Shown piece by piece: positions 11,913 through 23,234 of a stretch of 64,000 nucleotides of DNA. Source of the DNA: an uncultured Gemmatimonadaceae bacterium (GTDB lineage Bacteria > Gemmatimonadota > Gemmatimonadetes > Gemmatimonadales > Gemmatimonadaceae); the NCBI GenBank assembly GCA_963829055.1, contig CAWHHI010000006.1:384001-448000 (forward strand), in the 5' to 3' direction. Each line of letters starts with the position of its first letter. Position 1 is the first letter of the stretch. The position numbers and the translations under genes are program-made. Below the pieces are notes generated by a model. That model searched no databases. It saw nothing but the letters and a program-made list of their open reading frames with translations, and was not told the DNA's origin.

Positions 11913-13674
11913 CTAGTTGATTACCACCCTGAGCGTCGCCTTCGGCGGATCCCCAGACCCCGCCCACAGCGCGCGCGGAAAGGAGACCGTCACCAGCGAC
12001 TCGCCTCGCTCCCGGCCGACGAACGTGCGCGGGCTCGCGGCCACCGGGATCGCCGCGCCCGGCGTCAACACGTAGTCATACGTGGAGAGTGAGCCGAGAC
12101 TGGATCCGGCGCTGTCGATTGCGAAGACCTTCACGCGGTTCATCATCGTGACCGTGTCGCCAATCGCAAGGCGAAGCTCGCTCGGCTCCGTCCGCAGCCT
12201 AACGACACGCGTCGCGATGTCCGCGTAGCGCGCGATCGGGATGTCGGCCGAGTCGCGTCGGACGACCGTCGTGATCGATACCGGGCCATTGAGCGCGCGC
12301 GCCATCACCGCGCGAATCGAATCGAGGGTGCTGGCAGGGAGGCCTGTCGCCGCGCTGCTGCTCATGATGGTGACGCCGCCGATGCGGCTGTCCAAGAGCC
12401 GAGTGCGATCGCGGCCGTAGACGTACACGCGGCCAGCACGCATGACGAACTGCACGCGCTGGAGCGCCGTGATGTCCTGCAGCGGGTCACCCTCGACCGC
12501 GATGAGGTCAGCGTCCATGCCCTCGGCGCACCGATCCGATCCGGTCACCCAGGCCTAACGCCGACGCGTTCAGCGACGTCGCCGCGACGATCGCGTCCAT
12601 TGCCGGCTGGCCACCCACCTGCACGCGATAGATGATCTCGCGAGCGTTCTGGCCGTGCGCGCCCGCCGTCGCATCAGTGCCCATCAGGATCTTGAGGTCC
12701 TTGTGACGGATCGCGCGCTTGAACATGTCGAGCTTGAGCGGAATCCCCTCCTCGGTCTTCGTGAATCCGTCCTCGGTGTAGTTGCCCGTGCCCAGGTACC
12801 GCTGCTTGTTCTCGAGATAGTTCTGCGAGACGAGCCCGATGTTCGGCTCGAAGTACGTACCGTGCTGCGCCATCAGCGTGAACTCGCGGTCCGTGAGCTG
12901 ACTCCCGTGGGCGACGGTCGTGCAACCGGCGAGTACCGCCGCGCGCGCCGCCGAGGCCGAGTGTGCGTGCACCCACGTCCGCTTGCCGGCCAGCTTCGCC
13001 TCGCCGCAGGCGGCGCGGATCTGCGCGTCGCTCAGCGTCTGCCCGCCGCCGTCTCGAATGCTCTTCGACGCGAAGATCTTGATCACGTCGGCGCCGCGGG
13101 AGACCATCGTGCGCACCCATCGACGGATCTCGTCGGGCGTCATCTTCGTGTCCGTGAGCTGCGAGACGGACGTGAGCACGCGCGGCCCGAGGAAATCGCC
13201 GTGCGCGATGCCGTAGCGGAGCTCGATGTCCGGCGGCGCGCCGATGCTCTGCACCGTCGTGAAGCCCGCGCGCAGCGTCGCCTCGGCGTTCTGCCCCGCG
13301 GCGACGACGCGGTTGAGCTGCGACTCCAGCTCGTCGGGCATCCGTCCGTCGGCACCGAAGTGCGAATCGATGTGGACGTGGGTGTCGATCATCCCCGGCA
13401 TCAGCGTGAAGCGCGCGAGGTCGTACGTGATCGGGCCGGTGCTCGTGTCGTTGCCGTTCGTGATCCGTGTGATGCGCGAACTGTCGACGACGACGATGAC
13501 CGTGTCGCGCACGCCCCCCTTACCGTCGAGCAGGCGGCCGGCACGGATGACGATGTGACTCTGTGCCGCGAGGGTGGCGGGCGCGATAGCCGCCCCAGTC
13601 AAGGCGAGCGCCGCGACTGCGGAGCGCAGGCGGCCCGGGCGGAGGGGGCGAGCGTCGAAATTCGAACGGGTCAT
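11913..13674 (-). CDS. Secreted amidohydrolase (Xaa-Pro dipeptidase-like) with C-terminal extension; frameshift near 12530
   Basis: PGMIDTHVH, VIKIF, VHAH, AHG, MGTDA, ADLIAVEGDPLQDITAL. Confidence 0.85.
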
Positions 13675-13817
13675 TGGTTCGGTCCGGCAGCTTGAAGAGG
13701 AGCCAAGTGCATCCACTCCTAAGCTGCGCTGCCGTACCGACCCGCGAAAGACGACGACGATGTCAAGCGCGTAGAACGTGCACTGGCGGCGGCAGCATCG
13801 CGGCGTATCGTCAGTGC

Positions 13818-15065
13818 ATGCCGCTCGAGCTGGACATCGCCCTGCGCTACCTCCGAGGTAGCCGCCGAGGATCGCGCCTGCTGTCGTTCATCAGCGTGAT
13901 CGCGATCGGAGGCGTCGTCGTAGGCGTTGCCGCGCTGATCGTCGTCATGGGAGTGATGAACGGTCTGCAGCGCGATATGCGCGACAAGATTCTCATCGGG
14001 ACGCCCGACATTCGCGTCACGAGCGTGGGCACGAACGCGCGACTGGACGACTGGCCGGCGATGTTGGCCAAGGTTCAGCGAACCCCCGGGGTCGTTGCGG
14101 CGGGACCGTACGTCATGACCCAGGCGCTCGCGAGCACGGGGCCGAACCAGGTGGACGGCGGAATAGTCGTCGGGCTTCCGCCGGCCGGTTCCGGGTCACC
14201 GCGTGTGACCGACATCGAGCGCTACGTCGTGTCCGGCCATTTTCGATTCGCCGGCTCGGACAGCGGTGGCCTCGGCATCGTGCTCGGCAAACTCCTCGCA
14301 GCGCGACTCGGCGTCGACACTGGTGGAACGATCACGATTACGGGGTTCGGTACGCGTGAGCCGAACGCCGCGACAGGACAGCTGTCGCCGACGATCATGC
14401 AGTTCGAGGTGATGGGCATCTTCGATACCGGCCTGTACGACTACGACAACTCGTTCATGTACATGTCGCTCGCGAGCGCGCAGGAGCTCGCGGGGCTCGG
14501 CTCCGGCGTGACGGGCATCGAGGTGAAAACGCGCGATCGCACCGACGCTACGGCAATCAGTGCTCGGCTGGCGCCCGTGATCGCGCCGTACACGACCATC
14601 GACTGGCAGCAGCAGAATCGGTCGTTGTTTCAGGCGCTGCAGCTGGAGAAGCTCGGCATGGGCTTCATTCTGCTGCTGATCGTGCTCGTGGCGGCGTTCA
14701 ACATCGTGAGCAACCTGACGATGGTGGTCGCCGACAAGACGCGTGAGATCGGGATCCTCAAGGCGATGGGTATGACGTCGCGCTCGGTGCACCGCGTGTT
14801 CTTCACGCAAGGCATCATCATCGGCGCGACGGGGACGGCGTTCGGGGTCATTCTCGGAATCGCGGTGTCGCTCGCGCTCGGGAAGTACAATCTCATCAAG
14901 CTGGATCCGGAGGCGTACTTCATCGATCATCTGCCGGTCGCCACGGATGCGCTCGACGTCGTGATTACGGTCGTGGCGAGTCTGGCGATCGCCGCGCTGG
15001 CGACGGCGTATCCCTCGCGTCAGGCGGCGCGGCTCTATCCGATCGAGGCGATCCGCCACGATTAG
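13818..15065 (+). CDS. Lipoprotein-releasing ABC transporter permease, LolC/LolE family
   Basis: SFISVIAIGGVVVGVAALIVVMGVMNG, VAAFNIVS, KTREIGILKAMG, YFIDHLP. Confidence 0.9.
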   Translation: MPLELDIALRYLRGSRRGSRLLSFISVIAIGGVVVGVAALIVVMGVMNGLQRDMRDKILIGTPDIRVTSVGTNARLDDWPAMLAKVQRTPGVVAAGPYVMTQALASTGPNQVDGGIVVGLPPAGSGSPRVTDIERYVVSGHFRFAGSDSGGLGIVLGKLLAARLGVDTGGTITITGFGTREPNAATGQLSPTIMQFEVMGIFDTGLYDYDNSFMYMSLASAQELAGLGSGVTGIEVKTRDRTDATAISARLAPVIAPYTTIDWQQQNRSLFQALQLEKLGMGFILLLIVLVAAFNIVSNLTMVVADKTREIGILKAMGMTSRSVHRVFFTQGIIIGATGTAFGVILGIAVSLALGKYNLIKLDPEAYFIDHLPVATDALDVVITVVASLAIAALATAYPSRQAARLYPIEAIRHD

Positions 15066-15066
15066 G

Positions 15067-15226
15067 CTGTCATTCCGAGCGGAGCTGGGTGTCATTCCGA
15101 GCGAGCGACAGCGAGTCGAGGAATCGAGCCTCTCCTCGGTAGAGGGCCCTCTATCGGTACAGTCGCGATTCCTCGACTGCGGCCTTCGGCCTCCGCTCGG
15201 AATGACAAGGCTCGCTCGGAATGACA
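15067..15226. repeat. Nested REP-like element with doubled ends
   Basis: Two TGTCATTCCGAGCG left ends and two CGCTCGGAATGACA right ends; central GGTAGAGGGCCCTCTATC; lies between convergent genes. Confidence 0.88.
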
Positions 15227-15232
15227 TGTCGG

Positions 15233-16420
15233 CTACTTACCGGCCATGCGCCGTGCTCGGTCCAGCGCCGTACGCGAGGTCGGCTTCGACGGATCGAGGT
15301 ACGTCGCGAGCGTGAGCACTTCGATCGCACGGTCGAGAATCGTTGGACGGATCGCGGGGCGCGCACGCGTGGCCAGCTCGATGAGCGTGCGTCCGTAGTA
15401 ATCCAGGACATCCTCGTCCTGTGAGATCTCCATCATCACGGCACGCAGATCGTGGAACGCGAACTCGTACGCACCGAGGCGATAGTACGCCTTGCCGCGA
15501 TCCGCGATGTAATCCCGTTCCGGCCCGTAGGCGACCGCCTTGTTCAGTTCGCGAACCGCACCGGCGTAGTTGTTCGCGAGACTCGAGTCGTTCGCCCGGT
15601 TCTCGTAGATGGCGCCACGTAGTGTGACGAGCCGAGGATTCAGCGCACTGTCCTTCGCCGCCTGTTCGGCGACCTGCATCATCAACTCTTCCGTCCCGCC
15701 CCAGCGCGGCCAGAGCATCACGATGAACGAGCGCGGAAGGCCATAGCTGCCGCGATGCATCGACAGTCCGCGGACCATGAGTCGATACGCGTCCTCATGA
15801 CTGCCGGCCAACTGCATCACGGCAATCCCGATCTCGTACGCGACGAGGTGTGTCGAGTCGATCCGGAGCCCGGCCGCCACGTCTTCGATCGCCTTCTTCG
15901 CGGACTCCTGCATGCCGCGAATGTTCTCGGGTGGTGTATCGCGGATGTATGCGCCACCTCGCCGGCGCCAGGATGCGGCGAGGTGATAGGTCGCCCGGGC
16001 CACCCGCGCGTGCGCGGAGGCAGGCCGGGCCGCGATCCACGCATCGATGTCGGCGAGCAGGGCCGGATCGTTGCGCCTCGCCGCGTCGAACGCCGTGCCG
16101 AAGCGAAGCTCGTTCCGCACGTCTCGGCGGACATCGGCCGCGAGCCCGTCGAACATCGTGTCGAGGCTATCGAACTGCCGCTGCCTGACGAGCTCGATGA
16201 TCCGCGGCAGGAAGATTTCGTTAGGCGGATAGCCGAACGCCATCGTCTCCGGGAGCCGAATGGGCAGGAACAGCGAGTCGTCGATGGTCAGCGCACCGTC
16301 GCGACCATTCGACTGCGCTGCGCCTGACTGCGCCATGCCAGACGACGCGACCACAGCTGTGGCTGCCGCGAGGAAAATGCCTCGCATGGCGGGTGCGCGA
16401 GTCGACGACATGCGGGTCAC
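15233..16420 (-). CDS. Secreted DUF4034-like / TPR protein
   Basis: Signal peptide; W..RGG.Y and PRWGG motifs typical of DUF4034; C-terminal TPR-like helices; start may be 16411 or 16387. Confidence 0.65.
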   Translation of the reverse strand: MTRMSSTRAPAMRGIFLAAATAVVASSGMAQSGAAQSNGRDGALTIDDSLFLPIRLPETMAFGYPPNEIFLPRIIELVRQRQFDSLDTMFDGLAADVRRDVRNELRFGTAFDAARRNDPALLADIDAWIAARPASAHARVARATYHLAASWRRRGGAYIRDTPPENIRGMQESAKKAIEDVAAGLRIDSTHLVAYEIGIAVMQLAGSHEDAYRLMVRGLSMHRGSYGLPRSFIVMLWPRWGGTEELMMQVAEQAAKDSALNPRLVTLRGAIYENRANDSSLANNYAGAVRELNKAVAYGPERDYIADRGKAYYRLGAYEFAFHDLRAVMMEISQDEDVLDYYGRTLIELATRARPAIRPTILDRAIEVLTLATYLDPSKPTSRTALDRARRMAGK

Positions 16421-16493
16421 GGTTTCCCGGGGTCACTTACAGTGGCTCGATTACATCTCGAACGCACTCCGCTATAACCGCGCCAACCCTGCG

Positions 16494-17753
16494 CTACCTC
16501 GCTCGCCTGTCGACCACGACCTGTCCGCCCTTCATCACCCATCGCACCCGTTCGGTGACCGCGCGAATGTCCGCGAGCGGATCGCCCTCGACCGCCACGA
16601 TATCGGCGAAGTAGCCAGGCGCAACCGCGCCGAGCTTCTTCTCCATGCCGAGCAGGGCGGCGCCGTTCGTCGTCGCGGTCGCGAGCGCCTGGGCGGGCGT
16701 CATCCCGATCTCCGTGTACCAGTGGAGCTCGCGCGTGTTCTCGCCGAACATGTTGAACACCGCGTCCGAGCCCATCGCGAACTTCACGCCCGCCTTGAAC
16801 GCGCGGCGCGCCGTCTCGATGTTGCGCAGACGGAACGAGTCGAGCGCCGCCACCTGCGCCGGCGTGTAGTTGAACTGCTGGTGGTACTCGGCGTAGTAGC
16901 GGTTGTGGTCGATGGTGGGGACGTAGAACGTGCCCTGCGCGACCATCCGCACGAGCGTGGAGTCGTCGAGATCGATGGCGTGCTCGAGCGACTCGGCGCC
17001 CGCGCGCACGGCGTCACGTCCACCCTCGGGGCCGTAGGAGTGAATCGCGACGCGCTTGCCTGACGCGTGCGCCGCGTCGACGATCGCCTTCATCTCCTCG
17101 TAGGTGAGCGTCTCGCGGCCGGTGACATCGGCGCCGCTGCCCGTCGAGCCGTACACCTTGATGACGTCCGCCCCGGCGTCCACCTGCGCCTTGACCGCGG
17201 CGGCGACGTCGTCGACGCCGGTGAGGCGACCGCGCGGCGGGCCCGGAGGGGCGTTAGGCTGCGTCGTGGCGGGTGCGCGCCGAAGCCCGTAGCCAGCGCC
17301 GAACACGCGTGGACCCAGCATCGCGCCACGCGCGATGAGATCGCGGATCGCCAGGTCCGAGTACTCCGACGCCCCCAGGTCGCGGATCGTGGTAACGCCG
17401 GTCTCGAGCGCCCTACGCGCGTTCTCCTGCGCGAGGAACACGGTTACCTGGCTGCGGCGTCGACCGCTCTGCTGCCACGGGTCGGTTCCCGGCGTGTGAT
17501 CCCAGTAGTAGGTGATGTGCGTGTGCGCGTCGATCATACCGGGGATGCCGGTGTAGCGACGCAGGTCGAGCACGCGAGCGCCTCGTGGAACGGCGGACGC
17601 TCCGGTGCCCACGCTCACGATGGTGTCCGCGTTCGTCACGACGACGGCATCGCGCAGCACTCGGCCCGTGCCATCGACGAGGCTGCCGAAGCGAACAGCA
17701 ATGAGTGTGGGCGTGGACTGCGCGATCAGCGGCGCGGTCCACGTTGCGAGCAA
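16494..17753 (-). CDS. Secreted amidohydrolase (Xaa-Pro dipeptidase-like)
   Basis: PGMIDAHTH, GVTTIRDLG, VIKVY, HSYG, EHA, MGSDA, ADIVAVEGDPLADI; true start probably near 17780. Confidence 0.88.
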   Translation of the reverse strand: MLATWTAPLIAQSTPTLIAVRFGSLVDGTGRVLRDAVVVTNADTIVSVGTGASAVPRGARVLDLRRYTGIPGMIDAHTHITYYWDHTPGTDPWQQSGRRRSQVTVFLAQENARRALETGVTTIRDLGASEYSDLAIRDLIARGAMLGPRVFGAGYGLRRAPATTQPNAPPGPPRGRLTGVDDVAAAVKAQVDAGADVIKVYGSTGSGADVTGRETLTYEEMKAIVDAAHASGKRVAIHSYGPEGGRDAVRAGAESLEHAIDLDDSTLVRMVAQGTFYVPTIDHNRYYAEYHQQFNYTPAQVAALDSFRLRNIETARRAFKAGVKFAMGSDAVFNMFGENTRELHWYTEIGMTPAQALATATTNGAALLGMEKKLGAVAPGYFADIVAVEGDPLADIRAVTERVRWVMKGGQVVVDRRAR

Positions 17754-17782
17754 GCGTTAGGCAGAGCGAGCGAGGAGCATCG

Positions 17783-17933
17783 CTGTCATTCCGAGCGAGC
17801 GAAGCGAGTCGAGGATCATCGTGGCTAGTCGGGCTACGATGACTGGACAGAAGATCCCTCGCTTCGCTCGGGATGACAACCGGGGGCTCGGGATGACAAC
17901 CGGGCTCGGGATGACAGCCGGGCTCGCGATGAC
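17783..17933. repeat. REP-like element followed by tandem copies of its right end
   Basis: TGTCATTCCGAG left end; GCTCG(G/C)GATGAC appears four times at about 18-20 bp spacing. Confidence 0.85.
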
Positions 17934-17944
17934 GTGACGACGGC

Positions 17945-18602
17945 CTACGCGCGGAACTCCGGCTTCCGCTCGCTCTTCGCCTCGGAGAGCGCACGCTTCG
18001 CACGGTCGGCGTCGAGGTCCGCGCCGTACACCGGCGTGCCTGGCTGCTGCCGCCACGAATCGGCGAGACCGCCCGCATCCACGCCATCGAAGCCGAGTTC
18101 ATCGATCAGCTTCATCACTACCTGCTTCGCCCTCGCGTCGTCGCCCGCCACCGGCAATGCGATGCGGTCGCGCTCGCCCGTCGGCTTGCCGCGCTCCAGC
18201 AGGTGCTGCGCATAGATCGTGTTGAACGCCTTCACGACCGGACGGCCGAGTTGGTCGGCAACCCACTGACTCTCGGGAATTCCCGATTCGATGTCCGCGA
18301 TCTTGCCATCACGCTTCGGATAGTAGTTGCCCGTGTCGACGACGACCGTGTTCGGGGCAATCGCGCCGGCCAGCTCTTTCCGAAGATCCGGAACGCTCTT
18401 CTCCGGAATCGTGACGATCACGACGTCCTTGTCGCGAGCTGCGTCCGCCACCGTCGTTGCGCGTGCGCCCGGTTTCCTTCACGAGGGCGCCGAGCGTTTC
18501 GGGTCCGCGCGAGTTCGCGACCGAGACATCGTGGCCGAGCGCCTTGAGGCGACGTGTGAGCGTTCCGCCGATGTGCCCGGCGCCGATGATGCCGATCTTC
18601 AT
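17945..18602 (-). CDS. NADP oxidoreductase, F420-dependent-like family (frameshift near 18460)
   Basis: MKIGIIGAGHIGG...ANSRGPETL; VVDTGNYYP; VVKAFN; SWRQQPGTPVY. Confidence 0.88.
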
Positions 18603-18614
18603 GTCTCTCTCCGC

Positions 18615-19594
<980 letters not shown>

Positions 19595-19704
19595 CCTGCG
19601 TTTCTCCTGGTTGTCGCGCTCGACCACCGAATACGCCGACATCGAATGGCGTTCCCGCGTGGGCGGGCAAGACGCAAACACCAGCCCGCGCCAGCGAGAA
19701 CTAC

Positions 19705-19942
19705 GCAAAACGGCGCACGGCCCAGACGGCGCCAAATCCCGAACAGCGCGAAATCCCAGACGGCGCGGAATCCCGAAGAGCTGCGCAAATCCCGAACGGC
19801 GACAGAATGCGGAACGGCGAGAAGCGGCGATCGTGGGACGGCGTTCCGCCGTTTGTCGCCGTTCGGGATTTCGCGCCGTCTCGGCTGTCGGGATTTCGCG
19901 CCGTCTGGGATTTCGCGCTCTTCGGGCCCTGCGCCGTTTCGC
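19705..19942. repeat. Inverted array of ~17-19 bp units
   Basis: Four (A/G)AATCCC-containing units (ACGGCGCGAAATCCC consensus), then three GGGATTTCGCGC units, with complementary outer arms. Confidence 0.85.
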
Positions 19943-19944
19943 TG

Positions 19945-19996
19945 TTGACGCAGCGTGCAGCCAGTGCCATTCTACCTTCCAGACTCTGGAGGGAGA
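19945..19996 (+). promoter_or_regulatory. Putative sigma70 promoter and palindromic operator of padR-2
   Basis: TTGACG-n17-CATTCT overlapped by TCTACCTTCCAGA-C-TCTGGAGGGAGA, which includes the RBS. Confidence 0.55.
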
Positions 19997-19997
19997 C

Positions 19998-20336
19998 ATG
20001 CCGCCGTCACTGCCATTGGTGAAGGGCACGCTCGACCTGCTGATCCTGCGCGCGCTCGCGTGGCAGCCCATGCACGGGTTCGAGATCGCCAACTGGCTCG
20101 AGGAGCGCTCGAGCGGCGCGCTCGACGTGGATGACAGCGCGCTCTACCAAGGGCTCTATCGCCTCGAGGGGCGCGAGCTCATTGCGGCCGAGTGGGGGAT
20201 TACGGAGAACGGTCGCCGCGCGCGCTACTACAAGGTGACTGCCCGGGGGAAGGCGCACCTCAAGCAGGAGACGGCGACGTGGGTGCGCTACACGGAGACC
20301 GTGACCGGCATCCTCACCGGCCCGCTGGAGGCCTAA
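19998..20336 (+). CDS. padR: PadR-family transcriptional regulator
   Basis: MPPSLPLVKGTLDLLILRAL...MHGFEI...WGITENGRRARYY. Confidence 0.93.
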   Translation: MPPSLPLVKGTLDLLILRALAWQPMHGFEIANWLEERSSGALDVDDSALYQGLYRLEGRELIAAEWGITENGRRARYYKVTARGKAHLKQETATWVRYTETVTGILTGPLEA

Positions 20337-20340
20337 CGAC

Positions 20341-23089
20341 ATGTCGTTCTCCATTCGGCCACACATCCGCCGCGCGTTTCGCCTCGCCCTCCGCCGCCGC
20401 GACCTGACCCAGGCAGAGACCGATGAAGAGCTGCGCAGCCATCTCGCATTTCGTATCGCGCAGCTCGAAGCCCGCGGACTTACACGCGAGCAGGCGGATC
20501 GCGAAGCTCGACGCCGATTTGGTGATTCCTGGGAGGATGCGATGAATCGGGTGCACGACGCAGCGCGCTCGCGCGACGACCGGATGGCCATGCGTGAGCG
20601 ACTCGACGCGTGGTGGAGCGATGTCGCGTATGCCGGTCGATCTCTCCGCCGCCAGCCCTTCTTCACACTCATCGTCGTCGCGACGTTCGCGCTTGGCATC
20701 GGCGCCAACGCGACCATGTTCGCCGTGATCGATCGACTGCTGCTCCGGCCGCCGCCGGAAGTCGGTAATCCACGAACGCTGCTGGAAGTCAGCCGCCTGA
20801 TGGCGCGCGGTGGCGTCACGAACCACTTCACGGTGATGCCGTACCCGCTCTACACGGCATTGCGCGCGGATTCGACGGCGTTCCGCGATGTCGCGGCCTC
20901 GTCGTTCATTACCGCGCAGTCGATCGGAACCGGCGCGAACGCCCAACCGGTGCAGGTGGTCCTCGCCTCGAGCAACTACTTCCGTGTGCTCGAAACGCGT
21001 CCGGCGTTAGGCAGGCTCTTCGGTCCGAGCGAAGATGGTGAGGCGCCCTCGAGCGACGTGGCGGTCCTGAGCCATGGCTTCTGGCAGCGTCGCTTCGCGG
21101 GGGACCCGAGTGTCATCGGCAAGATGATCAGGATCGGGCCGCGCGACTTCACCGTGATCGGCGTGACTCGCCCAGGCTTCACGGGCGTGGACCCGCTGAA
21201 CGTGGACGTGTGGCTGCCGCTCTCGCATGCGCCGGTGTTCGGGATGGTGCGAGACGGTTGGACGAACTGGGGGCAAGTATGGCTCGGGGTCCTCACGAGG
21301 CTGCAGCCAGGCGTCACCCCTGACGTGGCTGCGCGGAGGACGTTGAAATGGAGCACGGATGGCGAGGCGGCATGGGAGGGCAACCCGGGAAAAGCGCGGC
21401 GGCATGCGACGGCCCCCCGAGGCTCCATTCGAGATGCGCTCGACCCTGCCCTCGGCGCAGCTCGCGGACGATCCCCAGGCGAAGCTGGCGCGCCTGCTCG
21501 TGGGCGTGACGGCCGTCGTGCTGTTGATCGCGTGCGCGAACGTCGGGAGCCTGCTCTTCGCGCGAGGGACCGAGCGACGACGCGAGATCGCCGTCCGTCT
21601 CGCGTTAGGCGTGTCGCGGGGGCGTCTGCTGCGGTTGCTGTTCGCCGAGACGGCGATCCTCGCAGCGTGTGGCGGGTTGATCGCGCTCGTGCTGGCGCGC
21701 TGGGGCATCGCGCTCCTGCACGCAACGTTGCTCAGCGACTTCGCCTGGACGGAGTCGGCGTTCGACGGCCGCGTGGTGGCGGCGACGGCCACGCTCGTCG
21801 TGCTGACCGTGGTGATCGCCGGCGTTGCGCCCGCGTTCCGGGCGAGCCGGCCCGACCTGGTCGAGTCGCTCAAGTCGGGTGGTCGTGAAGGCGGGATCGG
21901 TGTCTCTCGACTCCGAACGCTCCTCATGACGGCGCAGGTAGCCCTGTGCGTCGTCCTGATCGTCGGTGCGGGGCTGTTCGTCCAGAGCCTGCGGCGGGCG
22001 GCGACTGTTCCGCTCGGCTACGAGCCGACTGGTGTGCTCACGGCGTCGGTGATGAACCTCGTCCCGTTAGGCTACAAGATACCGCAGCGTCTCGCGCTCT
22101 ATGCGAGTCTGCGCGATCGCATCGCCACCCTCCCGGGCGTGGCCGGAGCCGCGGTCGCGGCCACGTACCCGGTCCAGGGGATGTTTCGGTTCGCCGTAGA
22201 CATTGCCGTGCCGGGGCGCGACTCGCTGCCGCCGAGTCCCGACGGGTTTGTCCCCACCTACAACGCCGTCAGCGGCGGCTTCTTCTCGGCGTTAGGCATC
22301 CGGATCACCGACGGCAGACCCATCATCGACTCCGACGTGAGCACAGCCACGCGCGTCGCCGTCGTGAGCGACGCGATCGCTCGTGCCTACTGGCCGGGCG
22401 AGCGGGCCATCGGTCGGTGTCTCATGATCAATGCGGACTCGGTGTGCACCACGGTCGTCGGCGTCGCGGCGGACGTGAAGCAGGCGATCGATCGGACCAG
22501 TGCAGGGTTCGTGGTCTACGTCCCCTTGCGCAGCGAATGGGACCTGGGTCCGAACGCGGTGATAGTCCGAGCGCGGAACGGCCGTGCCGAAGAGCTCATT
22601 CCAGCCGTACGCGACGCCATTCAAGGGACTGCGCCGAATCTCCCGTACGCCAACGTCCAGCCGTTCGATGCCTTGCTGGCCCCGCAGCTCCGCACCTGGA
22701 AGACAGGATCGTCGCTGTTCACGCTGTTCGGTGGGCTCGCGCTCGTGATCGCGGCCATCGGGCTCTACAGCGCGATCTCGTACACCGTCGCCCAGCGTCG
22801 TCACGAGTTCGGCGTGCGCATGGCGTTAGGCGCCCGGATGCCTGACGTCGTGCGGCTGGTGATGGACCAGGGCATTCAGGCGGCGGTGATCGGCACAGTC
22901 GTCGGGGCGGTCGCGGCGGCGAGCCTCGGCGGCGTCGTCGCGCCGCTCCTGTTTCAGACGTCGCCGCGCGAGCCGGCGGCGTTCGCGCTGGCCGCGGTGA
23001 TGATCGTCGTCGTCGCGGCGCTTGCGTCGTTCGTGCCTGCGTGGCGGGCGTCGCGTGTGGATCCTGTGACTGCGTTGCGAGCGGACTAG
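20341..23089 (+). CDS. Duplicated orphan ABC permease (ADOP), frameshift near 21400
   Basis: [59 protein letters not shown]. Confidence 0.92.
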
Positions 23090-23091
23090 TC

Positions 23092-23232
23092 CTGTCATTC
23101 CGAGCGAAGCGCCGGAGGCGCGCAGTCGAGGAATCGCGATCGTCCCGATAGAGGGGCCACTCTGCCAGTACCCTCACGATTCCTCGACTCGCTGTCGCTC
23201 GCTCGGAATGACACGGCTCCGCTCGGAATGAC
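23092..23232. repeat. REP-like element with doubled right end
   Basis: CTGTCATTCCGAGCG...GTCGAGGAATCG...GATTCCTCGACT...GCTCGGAATGAC twice; lies between convergent permease genes. Confidence 0.88.
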
Positions 23233-23234
23233 GG

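Noticed and set aside
17870..17933. CRISPR-like tandem repeats
   Set aside because: The units are REP right ends with 5-7 bp linkers; no unique spacers and no cas genes
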